64,000 nucleotides of DNA from Schmidtea polychroa (lineage: Eukaryota). The notes beneath the pieces were generated by a model, which made no database searches, had not been told where the DNA came from, and worked only from the letters and a program-made list of their open reading frames with translations. The DNA is taken from contig CM097885.1 of assembly GCA_044892525.1 (NCBI GenBank), positions 21,950,001 to 22,014,000 of the forward strand, given 5' to 3'. Of this stretch, positions 1-13,800 are shown one piece after another; the stretch's first letter is position 1; each line of letters starts with the position of its first letter. The translations under genes were made by a program, and so were the position numbers.

Positions 1-1762
1 TTTTCCAAAATCATTGTTAAAAGAATACTCAATTGATATAAATTTTTTTAATTTTATTTAGTTTCATTAAATAATTATCCTGAAAAATTTCAAATAAATT
101 CAAACAAAATGATTTTCAGTTTTTACATTTTTTTAAAAAATTGTTATGTTTAACTCGAAATTCAAAATTATTTGACCAAAGATATTATACTTATCTAACC
201 TTTCTAGATGAGATAAGGCTATTAAAATGCGATTTGCTTAATCCCTTTAACGCTCATTTATTTTACACAAAACCGGCTAAAAACCATTTTTTTGTTGCAG
301 AAAATAAAAGTTGAATACAGAGATAAAAAATACTAACTTTAATTTAAAAAATTTTGTTATTTTCATGTAAACACTTTAGGCTTCATGATTCTATTACCAT
401 CCTTATCGCTTTTATTGGTTCTTACTTTTTCAGGTTTATGAATTGTCAAGAGTAAACAAACGTCTTTTTTGTCATACCATTTCATAACCATAACCTTTCC
501 TCTTTGGGCATCTATTATTCCACCCTTCTTCAGTTTTTCCTTTTTTGAGTTTCTTTAGGTGTTTCACGTCTTTTTTTCCGCATGGTTCCATATGTATCGG
601 TTTTATGGTTTTTTTAGATAATCTGCCAATTGTGGTGAAGTATATAAATTGTCTTTAGTAGCCTTGATCTACTTGAGATGTTATTGGGACTTTTTTATAC
701 TTATCCGTTACAGTGATACCCTTTCCTGTGTATATTATGGACGAAAACAAATAGCCAAATTTCGATTTACACAGGAAATAAAATTTCATACCAAAACGAA
801 ATGTTTTCAGTGGTAAATATTGGACCCAGCCCAATCGTCTTTTATACAACATCAATCTTTTGTCAATCGTAATATCTCGTTCTGGTATATACAAAATTGA
901 GCACTTGTTATTTATATGGTAAAAACGAGATAAAGTTTTGTTTAGTTTTGGACAAGGATCATTTCTGGATCAAAATCATCATTATAAGTGAAATGTAAAT
1001 TTTTTTATAATTACACATCTTCTTTGCGATATCAATCTTGGAAAAACAGGAAAAAATATTTCGTTTGTTGTCCGGTACATTTTTTCTCAGGTACTTTCAA
1101 CAGCCCCATAAGATTAATAATTGTTAAAAATAACGCCATTTCTTCTTTCCTATCAACTAATATCCAAGAATTCGATGAACTTCCTGGCTGTTGTTGCGCG
1201 TACCTGTGTGTTTAATTTATTAATAAATCAACTAGATCATTATCAATGAATAACGAAAAATATTCAAGAGAATTGTCCTTGTTTGACAAATAGAAAGTAC
1301 AACCAGGTACGCCAATAAATAGAAACCTCACAGGAGGTACATCTGGCTGATCTACACTTATCCTGTACCAATCTTCGGGCAAATTTAAATCTTTTTTAGA
1401 TCTACATATTCAACATCTGAGTCCTCTGAACTATGACCTTAAAATATTTTTCTACTATTATAAATTTATTTGACTCACCAATTCAGCATACCAAAAAATC
1501 GAACACAAAATATCTTCAATTTTACAACAATATTTTACTAATGTGTTCACCGAAGATAAAAGTACAGTAAATCATAAATTGATAATGAATAATCAAATAT
1601 AAGTCATTATAACAGATTTTATGCTTTTTTTTCTTTTTTCCGAGTTAATACGGACGTGATCAAAGAGTTATGGTAAATATTGTAAAACCCGTAATATTAA
1701 GGGTTTGCACAAATTTGCTAGTAATGCATACCAGTAATATTTCGGGTTTGCGCATTAACTGG
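1..1762 (-). mobile_element. Degenerate piggyBac DNA transposon (5' end and broken transposase)
   Basis: ORF 655-894 (YIPERDITIDKRLMLYKRRLGWVQYLPLK..RFGMKFYFLC...YTGKG) resembles the piggyBac DDD catalytic core. Flanking frames have stops and frameshifts. Putative end ...AACTGG|TTAA at 1762/1763-1766, with subterminal repeats at ~1688 and ~1731. Confidence 0.85.
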
Positions 1763-3144
1763 TTAAAGAAACAATAAAAAAATTAGCTTAAAAAAGAGGA
1801 ATTCAAGATTCTTAAAAAATTATTTTAGACATTTTCGGCAATTTCTTCATAAATGCACCAGGAAAACTGAAATTCTCAGGAACTTAAATGGTTAATAAAT
1901 GATATATCAATTATTATTAAATACATACTGAAAAAATAAAATTAACTTATATCGAAACAAATATGAAATCACGCCTTTAACAAGCGTAGCCATGTGAGTG
2001 CAGTGGGTGGTAATGGGTTAATTAACTTCATTAAATTAGTGAATTTGCGGTTTATTTTAATTTGATACGTACGAAATTGTCTTTATTTTAATTGGTTGAC
2101 TTTATTCAATTAAAATTAATAAATGTAAATTATTTTAAACATTGAAAATTAAAAAAAATTAATATTATTTTAGATTCTTTTAAATAATATCAGCGGGGTA
2201 AGTGATATTAGTTTTAATCTAAAGTTTAGTTTTGAATTTATTTTTGAAAAATTTATTAGATTTTTTAGTAGTATAAATTAAATTAATATCAATTTTTTAA
2301 AAACAAACAAGATTTAATTATTAATGCTTAATTTATTGTCTGAAAATAAATTACTATTTTTAGATTAAAATGAAATGTATAAATAGGATTAATTAAAAAA
2401 AATTTTTTAATGATTTTACAGAAGACTCTTGATTATATTAATTTATAGGAAAAAGAAAAGACACGAATAATTTCTACAACACAAAATTAAGTAAAACAAA
2501 AGTATAAAAAAATTGGGTAAAGTGGAATATCCCCCCCCCCCCCTCCATTTATATTTTATTTAAAAATCAATTTTATAATTATATTATATATGCAGAAATG
2601 TAATCTTTATCCAAAATCACTTGAATTAAGGCAATGCCGAAAATTCGTGAATATAAAAAAACAGTAAAACTGGCACGCGACAAAATTAAAGAATACGAAC
2701 TAAATTCACCAACCCACATTTTGTTAAAACACCTCTCTGATGTATGCTTTCATGGAACCATTTTTCACTCAATCAACCATTTTTCAATCAATATTAAAAC
2801 TTATTTCTATTTTTTATGTCATTTAAACAATTCGAACATAGGCTATTTTGATGACACCATTCAGTGGCCATAATGGTTTATACCACTTGAATCTTCCAAC
2901 AAACTCGACATTAATTTATGGATATTCTTACATTTGAATTTTTTGTAACATCTATATATTAAATTGTGAAATTATATCAAATTCCAATTGAATTTCAGTG
3001 GTAAATGTGTTAGCTTTATTGTCCTAGCATCCAGTTGATAGACTTTATACAGTTTTTATGTGATAGATGAGAATATAATTAAATTAATTAAAACTATCAA
3101 CATTTTAAAACAGCAATTTAATAAATGTGTGAATGTATGTTGCT

Positions 3145-3335
3145 TACGGGGCCTAAGACAAAAAGTGTTTTTAGGGCCACTTTTTAATGAAAAATAAAAA
3201 AATAGTTAGCAACAAAACAATATAAAAGCAAATTTTATTATATTAAAGATTTTCGGGCTTTTGAATTTGCAAATTTATCAATTATTTCACTAAAATTAGG
3301 GTTTCTTGCAGTATCATTATTAATATGCAGCATTC
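3145..3335 (-). mobile_element. hAT transposase C-terminal remnant
   Basis: Minus strand reads MLHINNDTARNPNFSEIIDKFANSKARKSLI*, like the end of the hAT dimerisation domain, followed by GGCCC/GGGGCC subterminal motifs. Confidence 0.6.
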
Positions 3336-4632
3336 AACTGGAAATTTTAGAAATATTTTAAGCCGTTTAATTTAATTTTTTTTACCAAATATTATTAAAT
3401 TGTAATGAAATTTAAAATTTTAATTTCAAATTCCACATTAGTTGAAATTGTGGGGTTTGAATATTATAAGTTTTATATTTATATGTATTATTGTTTGTAT
3501 CTTTAAAGTAAAATGTGTGGTGGAGAATTTTGTAGAACCCGATAGAGTCACCTATAAAAAGTGTCGGAACAATCGGGGTGTTTGTGTGTGATTAGATGAA
3601 CAATACATAACGATAGTGAAAAATCCAACAAATTTTATTAACTTTTGAAACCGAATTGTAAATAGTTTATAATGAGTTAATAGTGTTCAATGAACAATAT
3701 AGAATGATAATGATAATTTGAACAAATTTTATATACTTTTGAAACTGAATTATAATTAATTTGTAATGGGTTTTCTTGAACTATGAGATATTTTTCTAAT
3801 ATAGCTTTCTTGTAATTAGTAATAGGTAAAGGTTATTCCGATGGTTCCATGATCGAATCGACTTGCATTTGGGTTGTATTGAAACTGAGTGTAATTTAAT
3901 TTAGTTTATTTTCTTGAATTTATTATCCGTTGAATTTTCTTCGAACTTATATTCTTCTGTTCTTTTTGATAGGTATCTAGTAAATTCAAATCCTTTTATT
4001 ATTTTATAGATTTTTTTCGATTTTTTGCATTTGTCATTTCTCTATAGTAAATTATTACTATAGAGAAATATTCTATATAGTTCCATTTATTGATTCGTAA
4101 AAACTATGTCTCGAATAAAAATCATAATCACAATTTGTAATTACTTTTAGAAAACTACATTCAACAAATAAACGCTACACTACAGTTGAGTTTAAATTAG
4201 GGGCAACAACTCGCATGACACATCATTAATTTATAAATATCTTGAATCATATTTCTAAAATAGCTCTTATGTTATTCATAGATTTTCATAACGATTTAGC
4301 TATCGTAAATGACAAATTTCTTATCTTAGATCAACCTAATTTATGTAAAAACACGTTAGATTGATGTATAAGAGGAAAGGCCCATCCTCTCCTGGGGCTT
4401 GTTTGTTTAATTCCTTTTTTATAAACTACTAGATTGAAAGCATTTTTTCTTGTGGATTCGTTTAAATAATATTTTCGAGAAGTCACGCTTTTGAATAATT
4501 AGATTTTAAAATAACTTGTTATTATGGATGTCATTAGCACCAACACTGTAGTAAATATGATGTAAATCTGGCTTATAAAATAAGAGCACGAGAATTAATC
4601 TAAAATAATATTTTCAAAATTCATACATTTAG

Positions 4633-4872
4633 ATGGAAAGAAGATTAGCTCAGTTACAAAATGCCTACCACGAGGATATATTAAAGCTAAGAAACCAAAA
4701 CGAAATCGAAATACAGAATATAATAAATAGGAAAAATGCAGAGATAGAACTAATTCGTACAAATTTCAAAGAAAAGATTCAAGAACAAGAAATTCAGATG
4801 CAAGTATTGGAGACCAAAGCAAATGATTGTATGAAACAATTACACTTGTTTCAGGAAATCAAGTTAAAAGAG
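4633..4872 (+). CDS. CEP112: CEP112-like exon (first found in window)
   Basis: tttag|ATGGAAAGA...AAAGAG|gttatt; 80 codons of coiled coil (IQNIINRKNAEIELIR). Confidence 0.85.
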
Positions 4873-7800
4873 GTTATTTTATATTTTGACTGTTGTTATT
4901 ATATTATGCTGCTATAATAATTTGGCTGTTGTTATAATAAAATGCTATCCATCAAGAAGTTTGGAAAAGATAAGTAATCCACGAGATTCAGGTTTTTGAT
5001 AATATTGATTTTGGACAGGGACGGGCAACCAGTCGATCGCCGAACTATTTTTGTCGATCTCAAAGTATTTGAAAAATTATGCCATTTCTTAATTTTTCAA
5101 AAAAAAATTGTATTTGATGAAGACATTTTAAGTTCTTTCTGTAAATCAATTACTTTATTTTATAACTTTGTTTATTTACTCGTTCTTTTGTACTTGGTAG
5201 ATCAGTATTTATTTTATAATGCCAAAGTAGATCGCAAGTTAAAACAAGTTTGCCACCATGATTTTGGATAAGGCTTCACAGTATATGCTATAATCAGGCA
5301 TTATAAGATTCCCAGAATTAATCCATTGGCCATTTATTTATATAATTATTAATTAATTAATTTTGTTTTACTCCGTAATATAATAATAATTAATAATAAT
5401 AATAATTATTATTTATTTTCTTAATTTTCCATTATTTATAACAATAATTTGTGTTCTGTTTATATTCTGAAAAATATAATTGTTTATAATTCCAAAGGAA
5501 GTTAAGTAGAACTTGTTTATTCTTGAAACTGAATCATTTATATATATTCATGAATAAAGTTTGAACTTTTAATTCGAAAATGATTCCTGGAATTAAATGT
5601 CTGTTATTAATATTTCTCTATTTTATAAACTCTGAAGCGGTAAAAGATTTTAATAAGCTGAATTTAGTCCGTGTCAACATTTCTGATTTTGTTTATAAAA
5701 AGTTAATGATAAGCAAAGATAATATCTTGTCAGCTACACCTTTGGCATTACTGGATGTTAAATTATTGAAAAAATATCATTGTTACAAAAATATTCGAAG
5801 TAATTTATGGTCGCTTCCTATTCCTGTTATTTTTTGGTCTGATTGGTACATGGACAGAATTACGGAGAGCGTGAAAAAAGGAAATTTACTAAGAAACTTC
5901 ACTGGTGATAAAGTGTCGATTTTGCCACCCTCGGGTATTGTTGCGTTTAGGATAACTTGGAGGCGGAGTTATATTGAAAATTTAGATTATACAAATATTT
6001 CCTTGGATACTTCTTGGCAAGACATGCAAACTGACTACGTTTTACCCATGCGTCATAATTTTGTGATGGAGTTTAATGATTATACGGACGGCAAAAAGTT
6101 GTGCGTCGATACAAAGAATAAACTTCTAAATGATTCGATGCAAATCTCTGAAATGACAATAGATTTTCAGAAGATTGTTGGTAGGAGACGAAATATCCCT
6201 GATATTCAAATAAAAATTAGTGATGTTCGATCAGTTAAAATGTATAATGAATCAGACTGTAAAACAAAGTCAGAAGATAAATGTTTTGTGTCGAAAGAAT
6301 TTGCCGAGAAGTGGTCATATGACGTTAGCACTAGAATGATGGAGAATGTAGATATTATTCATTTGAATTTGCAAAAGGATATTTTCGATGCGGTTTTTGA
6401 ATATTTATGTAAAAATCGCATGTCAATTTTTGATATCGAGTTGAAAACTGTTAGGCGATTATCCAAGGGAATTGATAATGAAATGGCTTGTAAAATACCA
6501 AATAAATTATATATAATCAAACCAAAGCCATGTTTACCAAAATATGACCGATATGGTTATCTTCGAGTATGTCCGCATGAAATTCTAGACTACGGAAGCG
6601 ATGTTATATCAAAATTAAACCCTTATCATTCTTATAGTGAAAAAAGTCAATTTTCTATTCCTATTGTGAAGCTTGACAATTTATAACTGAATTATTTGTC
6701 AATTCATTAATTTTTTTTTCAATTGCCTATTTTAAAAATTTGATTGTTCTTCTAAGTTAAGAAGAATTAATAAAAATCATTTCTGTAATTTTTTGCTTGA
6801 GATATTTTTTATTTTTTATTTATCTATTTATGATGTATATTTTTGTCTATAAAAAAAAGAAAATAAATTTAATTTAAGATAAAAATGAAATAATTAAAAA
6901 AAATAACTGTGGTTTTAATAACTCATATATTTATCTTTTTTAACAGAGATAACCTGAAAGAAATAAGGAAGTGCACCTCACTTTCATTTAGAGGAAGGTT
7001 TAAAATTTAAAGATCAAGCAATTTACAACATTGACCAAAATATGGCCGAGAAACTAGTTAAATTGTTCTATGTTGCAAATCTTTGGTGTTCTGAGGATTA
7101 GCTAGATTGATTCGAGACACGCCATTTAATTTTTTTGGATTAATGACCGGAGAGTCGAAATCTGTAAACGTATAGGTTACAAAGGAATAACTGATCAACA
7201 TATGCCACGTTTTGAAATCGACCTATAAGGATCAAAATATATTTCATGGTAATTAAATTGGCTTATTCTAAACGTTTACCCAAATTAAAATTTTAAATTT
7301 AAAAGTGAACATCTCCATGAAGAAATTCTGCTATTTATGCTCGTGCAAATTCCTGTTATGTTTTTCATGAAAGCAGGGAAATAGGAAAGTAGGATTTTGA
7401 TAGAAGATAGTTAAATCAAAACAAAATTCAGTGAAAATTTACGGATTATTTTTGTTCTCATTTATATAAAAATTATTATTTTTGATTGTTTAAAATTTCT
7501 AATAAATACAATGTCAATTGAAAAGAACCCTTAAAAGCATTCTGTTGTATATCTGCAACAATTTATTTAAGGGCTTATAACTCAGTATACTTGCAATAAA
7601 AGAACTCTAATGTATAGGGCTGTAAAAGTGTAACAAAACACCGAGCCATTGTGATTTCAAATTATTCTAATAGATGTCTTGATATTTTAAAAATATTTTT
7701 ATTTTTGAATTTGGAAAAATCATGCATTTATGAGTTAATGGAATTATAATTATTTATTTTTGAAATATCGAAATAATTAGGGGAAAATGTTACTAATAAA

Positions 7801-10800
7801 TAATTAGTAATAAATTAGTAAAACGCCATTTAAACAAAAAATGAAATACATTTCAAAGACATCGTCGTATCGTCTCTTCAATATATGACATTGTACTAAT
7901 TACAATGTTTCAGTCGTTTCTTTTTCAGTTGCATTTTCTGTACTTTTCGATACACTATCTTAGAAAAATAAAGCGTTCAGAAAGAAAAAGCGGAGATATT
8001 TGATTTACTGCAAACATTATTTATAACATATTTTATCAGACAAATCAAGAAAGGAAATATTTAATTATTTTACAATAATTATTCAAATATATTTCCCAAA
8101 AATCGAAATTGAAATTTTCGGAAAAATCTTGTTTGTCTTTTAATTTATACTTCATAGATTGAACAGATAAAGCGAAATCACATAGAAAACATGGAAAATT
8201 ATAACCATGAAAATGAATTGAAAATCACTAATCTAATGGAAGATTTCCAAAATGAAAAACAGAAACTTATCGAAGAAAATAGAAGACGCGAAGAAATGTT
8301 TTCTAAAGAAACGAAAGAATACTTTGAAAAGGTAAAGCATGAATTTAATGAAAAATCTACCAACACAGTAAATATTTTATTAGCTAATAATCATTGGGAT
8401 GATATTTTCTTACAGAACCGACAAATTATCGACTTAGAAGCCGATATTATGGAGTTGAAAAATTCAAAAAATAAAATTCTAGAGCAGAATGAAAAATTAA
8501 AGTTAGAACGAGATAATCTATTCGGCGAAGTGCGAAAACTGCAAAACGATTTAAGTGAATCCCAAAAGAGGTAATAGTTTATTTGGATTTGTCGCCTGAC
8601 ATTTTTATAGAACTAACGCTAAGATTTCTAATGTTATTTCAGTTTTTACTACCAAATGTAAATTTGGTTACTTATTCCATTTTTATGAGGCCAAAGAACT
8701 AATTTGAATCAAACATTTATGAATCACCTTGAAAATATAATCCCCAAACAAAACATACTAAATAAAGAGAGCCAAGAAATGACATTATAAATTTATAAAT
8801 AATTTCATTATTAATTATATCAATGTTACCCAACCAATGACCAAAAGGGCCCCGGACAATTACACGATATTTTGTTATTTTTAGTCTCTTACTTAAATTT
8901 AATTATTCTAAATAAAAGAACAGAATATAATATAATTTACAAATGAAACAGAATTCACTAGAACTAAAATTAAAAATCTTAATAAAGATTAAATAGAAAA
9001 ACACTTCTTTTTTCTTTTGAATATTTAATGAAAGAGAAATGAAAAAAATTTCCTCGAATGATTTCATAAAAATATGTAAAATTAAATAACTTCATTTTTG
9101 TATTAATTATTATATGAAATAAATTGAACATAATTGTTAGTATATATTTTATATTGCAATATTTATCGGTTGTAATTTATACTTAATGTTTAATTGCCAG
9201 ATGTGGTTCATATATATCATATTTATTTTGTGCTATTATGGAATTATTTCACCATATTTTTGACCAATTAATAATTTTAATTTTTGTGCGTGTTTGGAAA
9301 AACAGTACAAATAAGCCATTGAAAGCTGAACCAATTCGTAATTAAATTTAGACGGATTAAAAATTAAGCGTCAAATTGTAGGGAAAAATGTTTCTTTAAA
9401 AATATATATACGATTAAGGAAATTGTGAATTCAAGGAATGTTTTCAGTAAGTGGAAATATAATATTAATTGATTGATTAATGTGTATACTAGGGTCATGA
9501 TTTTGGGAACTTTTTTCAAAACATTTTTCATGTGATTTCTGTGGATGAAAATTTGTATAAATCATTCATTTTTGAGGTTTTTAATTTAAAAATTATAATA
9601 TGCAGACCAGAACATAAATGTAGCTTTAATAGTTATATTTTTTAATATAATTTGTAATATACGTCTAATTATATTCTATGAATTAACCTTTAGTTTATTT
9701 ATACCTTCAAATATAATAGTCAATTTAAGAATTTTAAGAACCAGATATTTAATTTAGATATCAATTTATTGACAGTCAACATAACCGTCTCATGATGTCT
9801 CACGAAAAGGATATTATTTCTGTTAAAGAAACGTTGGAAACAGCATTGCACAAAGCTGAAATTACTAAAGACGAAATTGAGACTAAAGCTCATGATAAGA
9901 TCGAAGAACTTGAAAATCAGGTTTTTACTTTTTTTAATTAAAAATTGCAAACTTACAGATTCTTAAATCTTGCATAACAATTTACTAGATTTGATTTAAA
10001 AAAACACGTATATACTATTGAGTCTATGGTCGCTAATTGAATGATATTTTCCAAAAATCAAGCTAATCTTTAAGGAAAATAATTTAAAATTTGTTTCCCG
10101 ATTTACTACTAAATATATTAAATACATTTATCACTTTTGAAAGGTTCCTTTCAAATTATTCAGAATGTTCCGGCCGGAGGTATAATTTATATAATAGAAT
10201 CTGACAAACTGTGTGAGAGTACTACAGGTTTATTCACAATTATTTGTAATATAATATAATATGTATTATAATATAATATAATATAATATAATATAATATA
10301 ATATAATATAATATAATATAATATAATATAATATAATATAATATAATATAATGTATTATAATATAATATATAATATAATATAATATAATATAAGAAGCAT
10401 AAAACAACTAACATATAAAACTGATTATATAAACTTCAAATTTTACAAGAATAACCATCAAATAGTCCAAAATTAATTTTTTTCCCATGTAATCATAAAA
10501 ATTTCGAAATTATTTCTTGCATTTATTTTATAAAAATATTTTGATTTTTGTTTTGAATGTTTGATTCTGGGATCGGTTTTTGTTTTTACAACAGAAAAAT
10601 TCTTTAAACGGTATTATATATCATAGATAGATAGATAATTTCTCGGACTAAAAAATCTTCGATTTGAAGAATTATTGTATATCTGAAATTCTTTAACAAT
10701 GAAAGTATAAAAGTGTTATCTAGATTAAAGATCTACAGATCAAACTTCTTGATGCTCATCGAACTTATAAAAAGGAATTAGAAAACATCAATATGAATTA

Positions 10801-13800
10801 TGGTAATGAAAAGTTTCGATCCAAACAAGCCTTTGAGGATGAATTAGAAAGTGTAAAGATCCAACTTAGAAATTATAAATTCCAATCTGAACCTAAAATC
10901 CAAGATCTATTAAAGAAATTAGAATTAAAAGATGTGATTTCAATTTATTTATTTGAGTTAGTTTTTATTAGAAAATTATTTAGACCCAATTAAATCAAGC
11001 AAATAAAGAATTGGAAATTAAAGAGAAAATATCAGTGCAATTGGTTGAAGATATAAAACAAGAGTTGTCTCATAATCATGATCGGCAAATACGTAAAAAA
11101 CATTTTGAATTCGAACAGATAGAATTAGAATTGAAACAGGAAATTCAAGAAAAAAATAAAGAAGTTAGATTATTATTTTTAAATTTTATTTCAAATTCGG
11201 CTATCCAATTTCATTATTTCTGTAAACCCAAGTTGGAATAATATGACGATTTGCATCGCTTTTTATCATTCTTTGATATTCGTTGCTATTTTTAATGATT
11301 AACTAGTTTTGTGCTTATTTAGATCTCATCGGTACTATGTAAGAATCTCAATCCCACTCAATGATTTTGCTTCACAATTGCTTTACCAATATTAGCAAAT
11401 ATATAAATGCGTTTAACACCTTACAAAGTATGTAATGTAAAAACTAAATGCTATAACTATGATGTAACCAATGTATCAAAATATTACTGCGGTATAAATA
11501 CAAATCAGTACTTAAGCACAATAAGAAAAATTATTTTTTTACAATTTATAACATTCTAATAAAATAATTTTTATTTATATATTATTATGTTTATTGATTA
11601 TTGGTATATTTACCGTGTCTTTAGATTGTTTGTTTCATTATTAATTGTGCTCCATAAAATTACATTGTTAATTAAAAGAATAAAATCACATTCGATCTTG
11701 ATCAAAGAACTATGAGTGGATATGATAAAGCTCTTTTGCGTTATATTTTTCTGAAATGAGAGGAAATAAAATTTTATTAGAGTTGAATTTTAAATGAAAT
11801 AGGAAAACATATTATTTTTAAAATCAGAATAAACATTTGTAATATATTCTAGGTAATAGATTTAATGCACCAGTTGAGTAATCACAAACAGGAAACGGAA
11901 TTGAAACTTTCGGAAATAAGAAAATGGTCTGATAATCAAATATTAAGTTTAACAAACGACTGGAAACAGGAAAAATTATCACTGGAAAAAGATTACCAAC
12001 TTCAGTTATCAAAAGTTAGATTTAAAATATTTATATTTTAATAATTGATTTAAATTTATTAAAATTTATTAAAATTTATTAAAATTTTCACTGCGCAATG
12101 AAAATAACCGAAAATAACTCTGTTATTGTGAAAACCTGCTTAACAAATATTTTTTCTCATGTTCCAGTTCAATTTGAGTACATTAAATACTGTACAATAA
12201 AACCCGTTTATCGCGAAACTCGGTTGATGTGAATATGTTTTGTAGATCCCTTGGATATCATCACATTAATCGGATTTTAATTTTTATTATTTTAAATAAA
12301 TTTTATTATACGAATAATCTTTTATCTGATAAATTTAATTGTGATATTATTGGCAATAATAGTTGTTTTAACCCTTTGCGGTCCTATTTCGAGTCTTTTT
12401 GAATTATTATTTATATCGTATGATTGTCATAAAATAAAATTTTAATTCCAAAAAATACCTTTTATTAAAAAAAACCCTATTTAAGTTCAAGAAAATCATA
12501 TATACAAAAAATCATTAAAACAATGTGGACCTGGTGGGTAACTTTTTTTACGGACCGCAAAGGGTTAATTTGAATATGTAACTCTAGACCAGGTATGCAC
12601 AAAGATCAATGAATGATTGACGAAAAATTGCCGATTACAAAAAATGATGGTCGCAAAAATTTTTTAATTCAATTCAATACACTAGCCAAATGACTTTATT
12701 ATATATATTAATCATTTCTTAAATAAAACTTATTTATAAAGAAAAGCGAGAACACAGATTTCCTTAAATTGAAAATCAATTTTTATTTTCTGAAAATAAA
12801 ATGCAAAATATTTTTTTCATATTTTAATCACTATGGTAATGGCCGCAATAAAAAGGAAACTGGACGAACTTTGGGCACCTCTGCTTAAGAATTTAGGATC
12901 TAATGATAACCTTTTTTTATGATTTGTATTGTCACTGTAACAAAGTTTATATTCTTTTTGTGATTATTAAATATTTAAAATCTTTAAATGATTATAAAAT
13001 GTAGATAGCAATTAAAGTAACAGTTTCTATTAGTTTGGCGGAATCGTTTTGCTGATTTCTATAGTCAGCAAAATAAATACATTACATACTTCAATGGTGT
13101 TATTTTTGACTATGGCAAAGACATTGAGTCATTACATAATTACGTCACACCAAAAATGACTCATCTATAATGTTACAAAAATCAATATATGTATATTATA
13201 TAAACATATAAACTTAACTGTGTGTTTAGTTTTAGCGTTGCAATGAATAAACGCATTTAATATATAAAGTGAGAAAGTGGTAGAAAAAATAAACTGGCAC
13301 ACACAGACACAACACATAGTAAGAAATGCATGCAAAATGTTGTTATGTAGAATCGTTGTAATGAATAAACGCACTATAATAAATCATTTACATAAATTTT
13401 TAAAACAAATTGGCGGAAAAATTTTAAAGAAAATTTTGAAAACTTAACTTTGAGTTGTAGAGATAATGTTGACATAATTTCGTAAGATTTATTTTCAATT
13501 TTTGAAAAAATTAATAGTTTTAGTATTTTAATAATTTCAGCAATTTTCAGAATTTCTTACTTTTATTGCGAATTTTGAGGCATTTTAAGACATTATTTAG
13601 GTTTTATGCGATTTTTTGAGTAAATGGAATGTATCTATCATTTTGCATATAGATATGTCTTTTATGTGCGAATTTTCAAGGAACGTATTTATCGCATACA
13701 AAGAGAATTAAGTGTATTTAATAACGTGAGTTTGACGAATTAATTGATTGTGTAAAGAATTTTTTAATTAAATGTATGATGATAACGATTACATTTAACT

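Noticed and set aside
2634..2873. 79-aa ORF as a possible upstream CEP112 exon
   Set aside because: It begins in a fragment of the short interspersed repeat, has no coiled-coil or CEP112 similarity, and lacks convincing splice sites.
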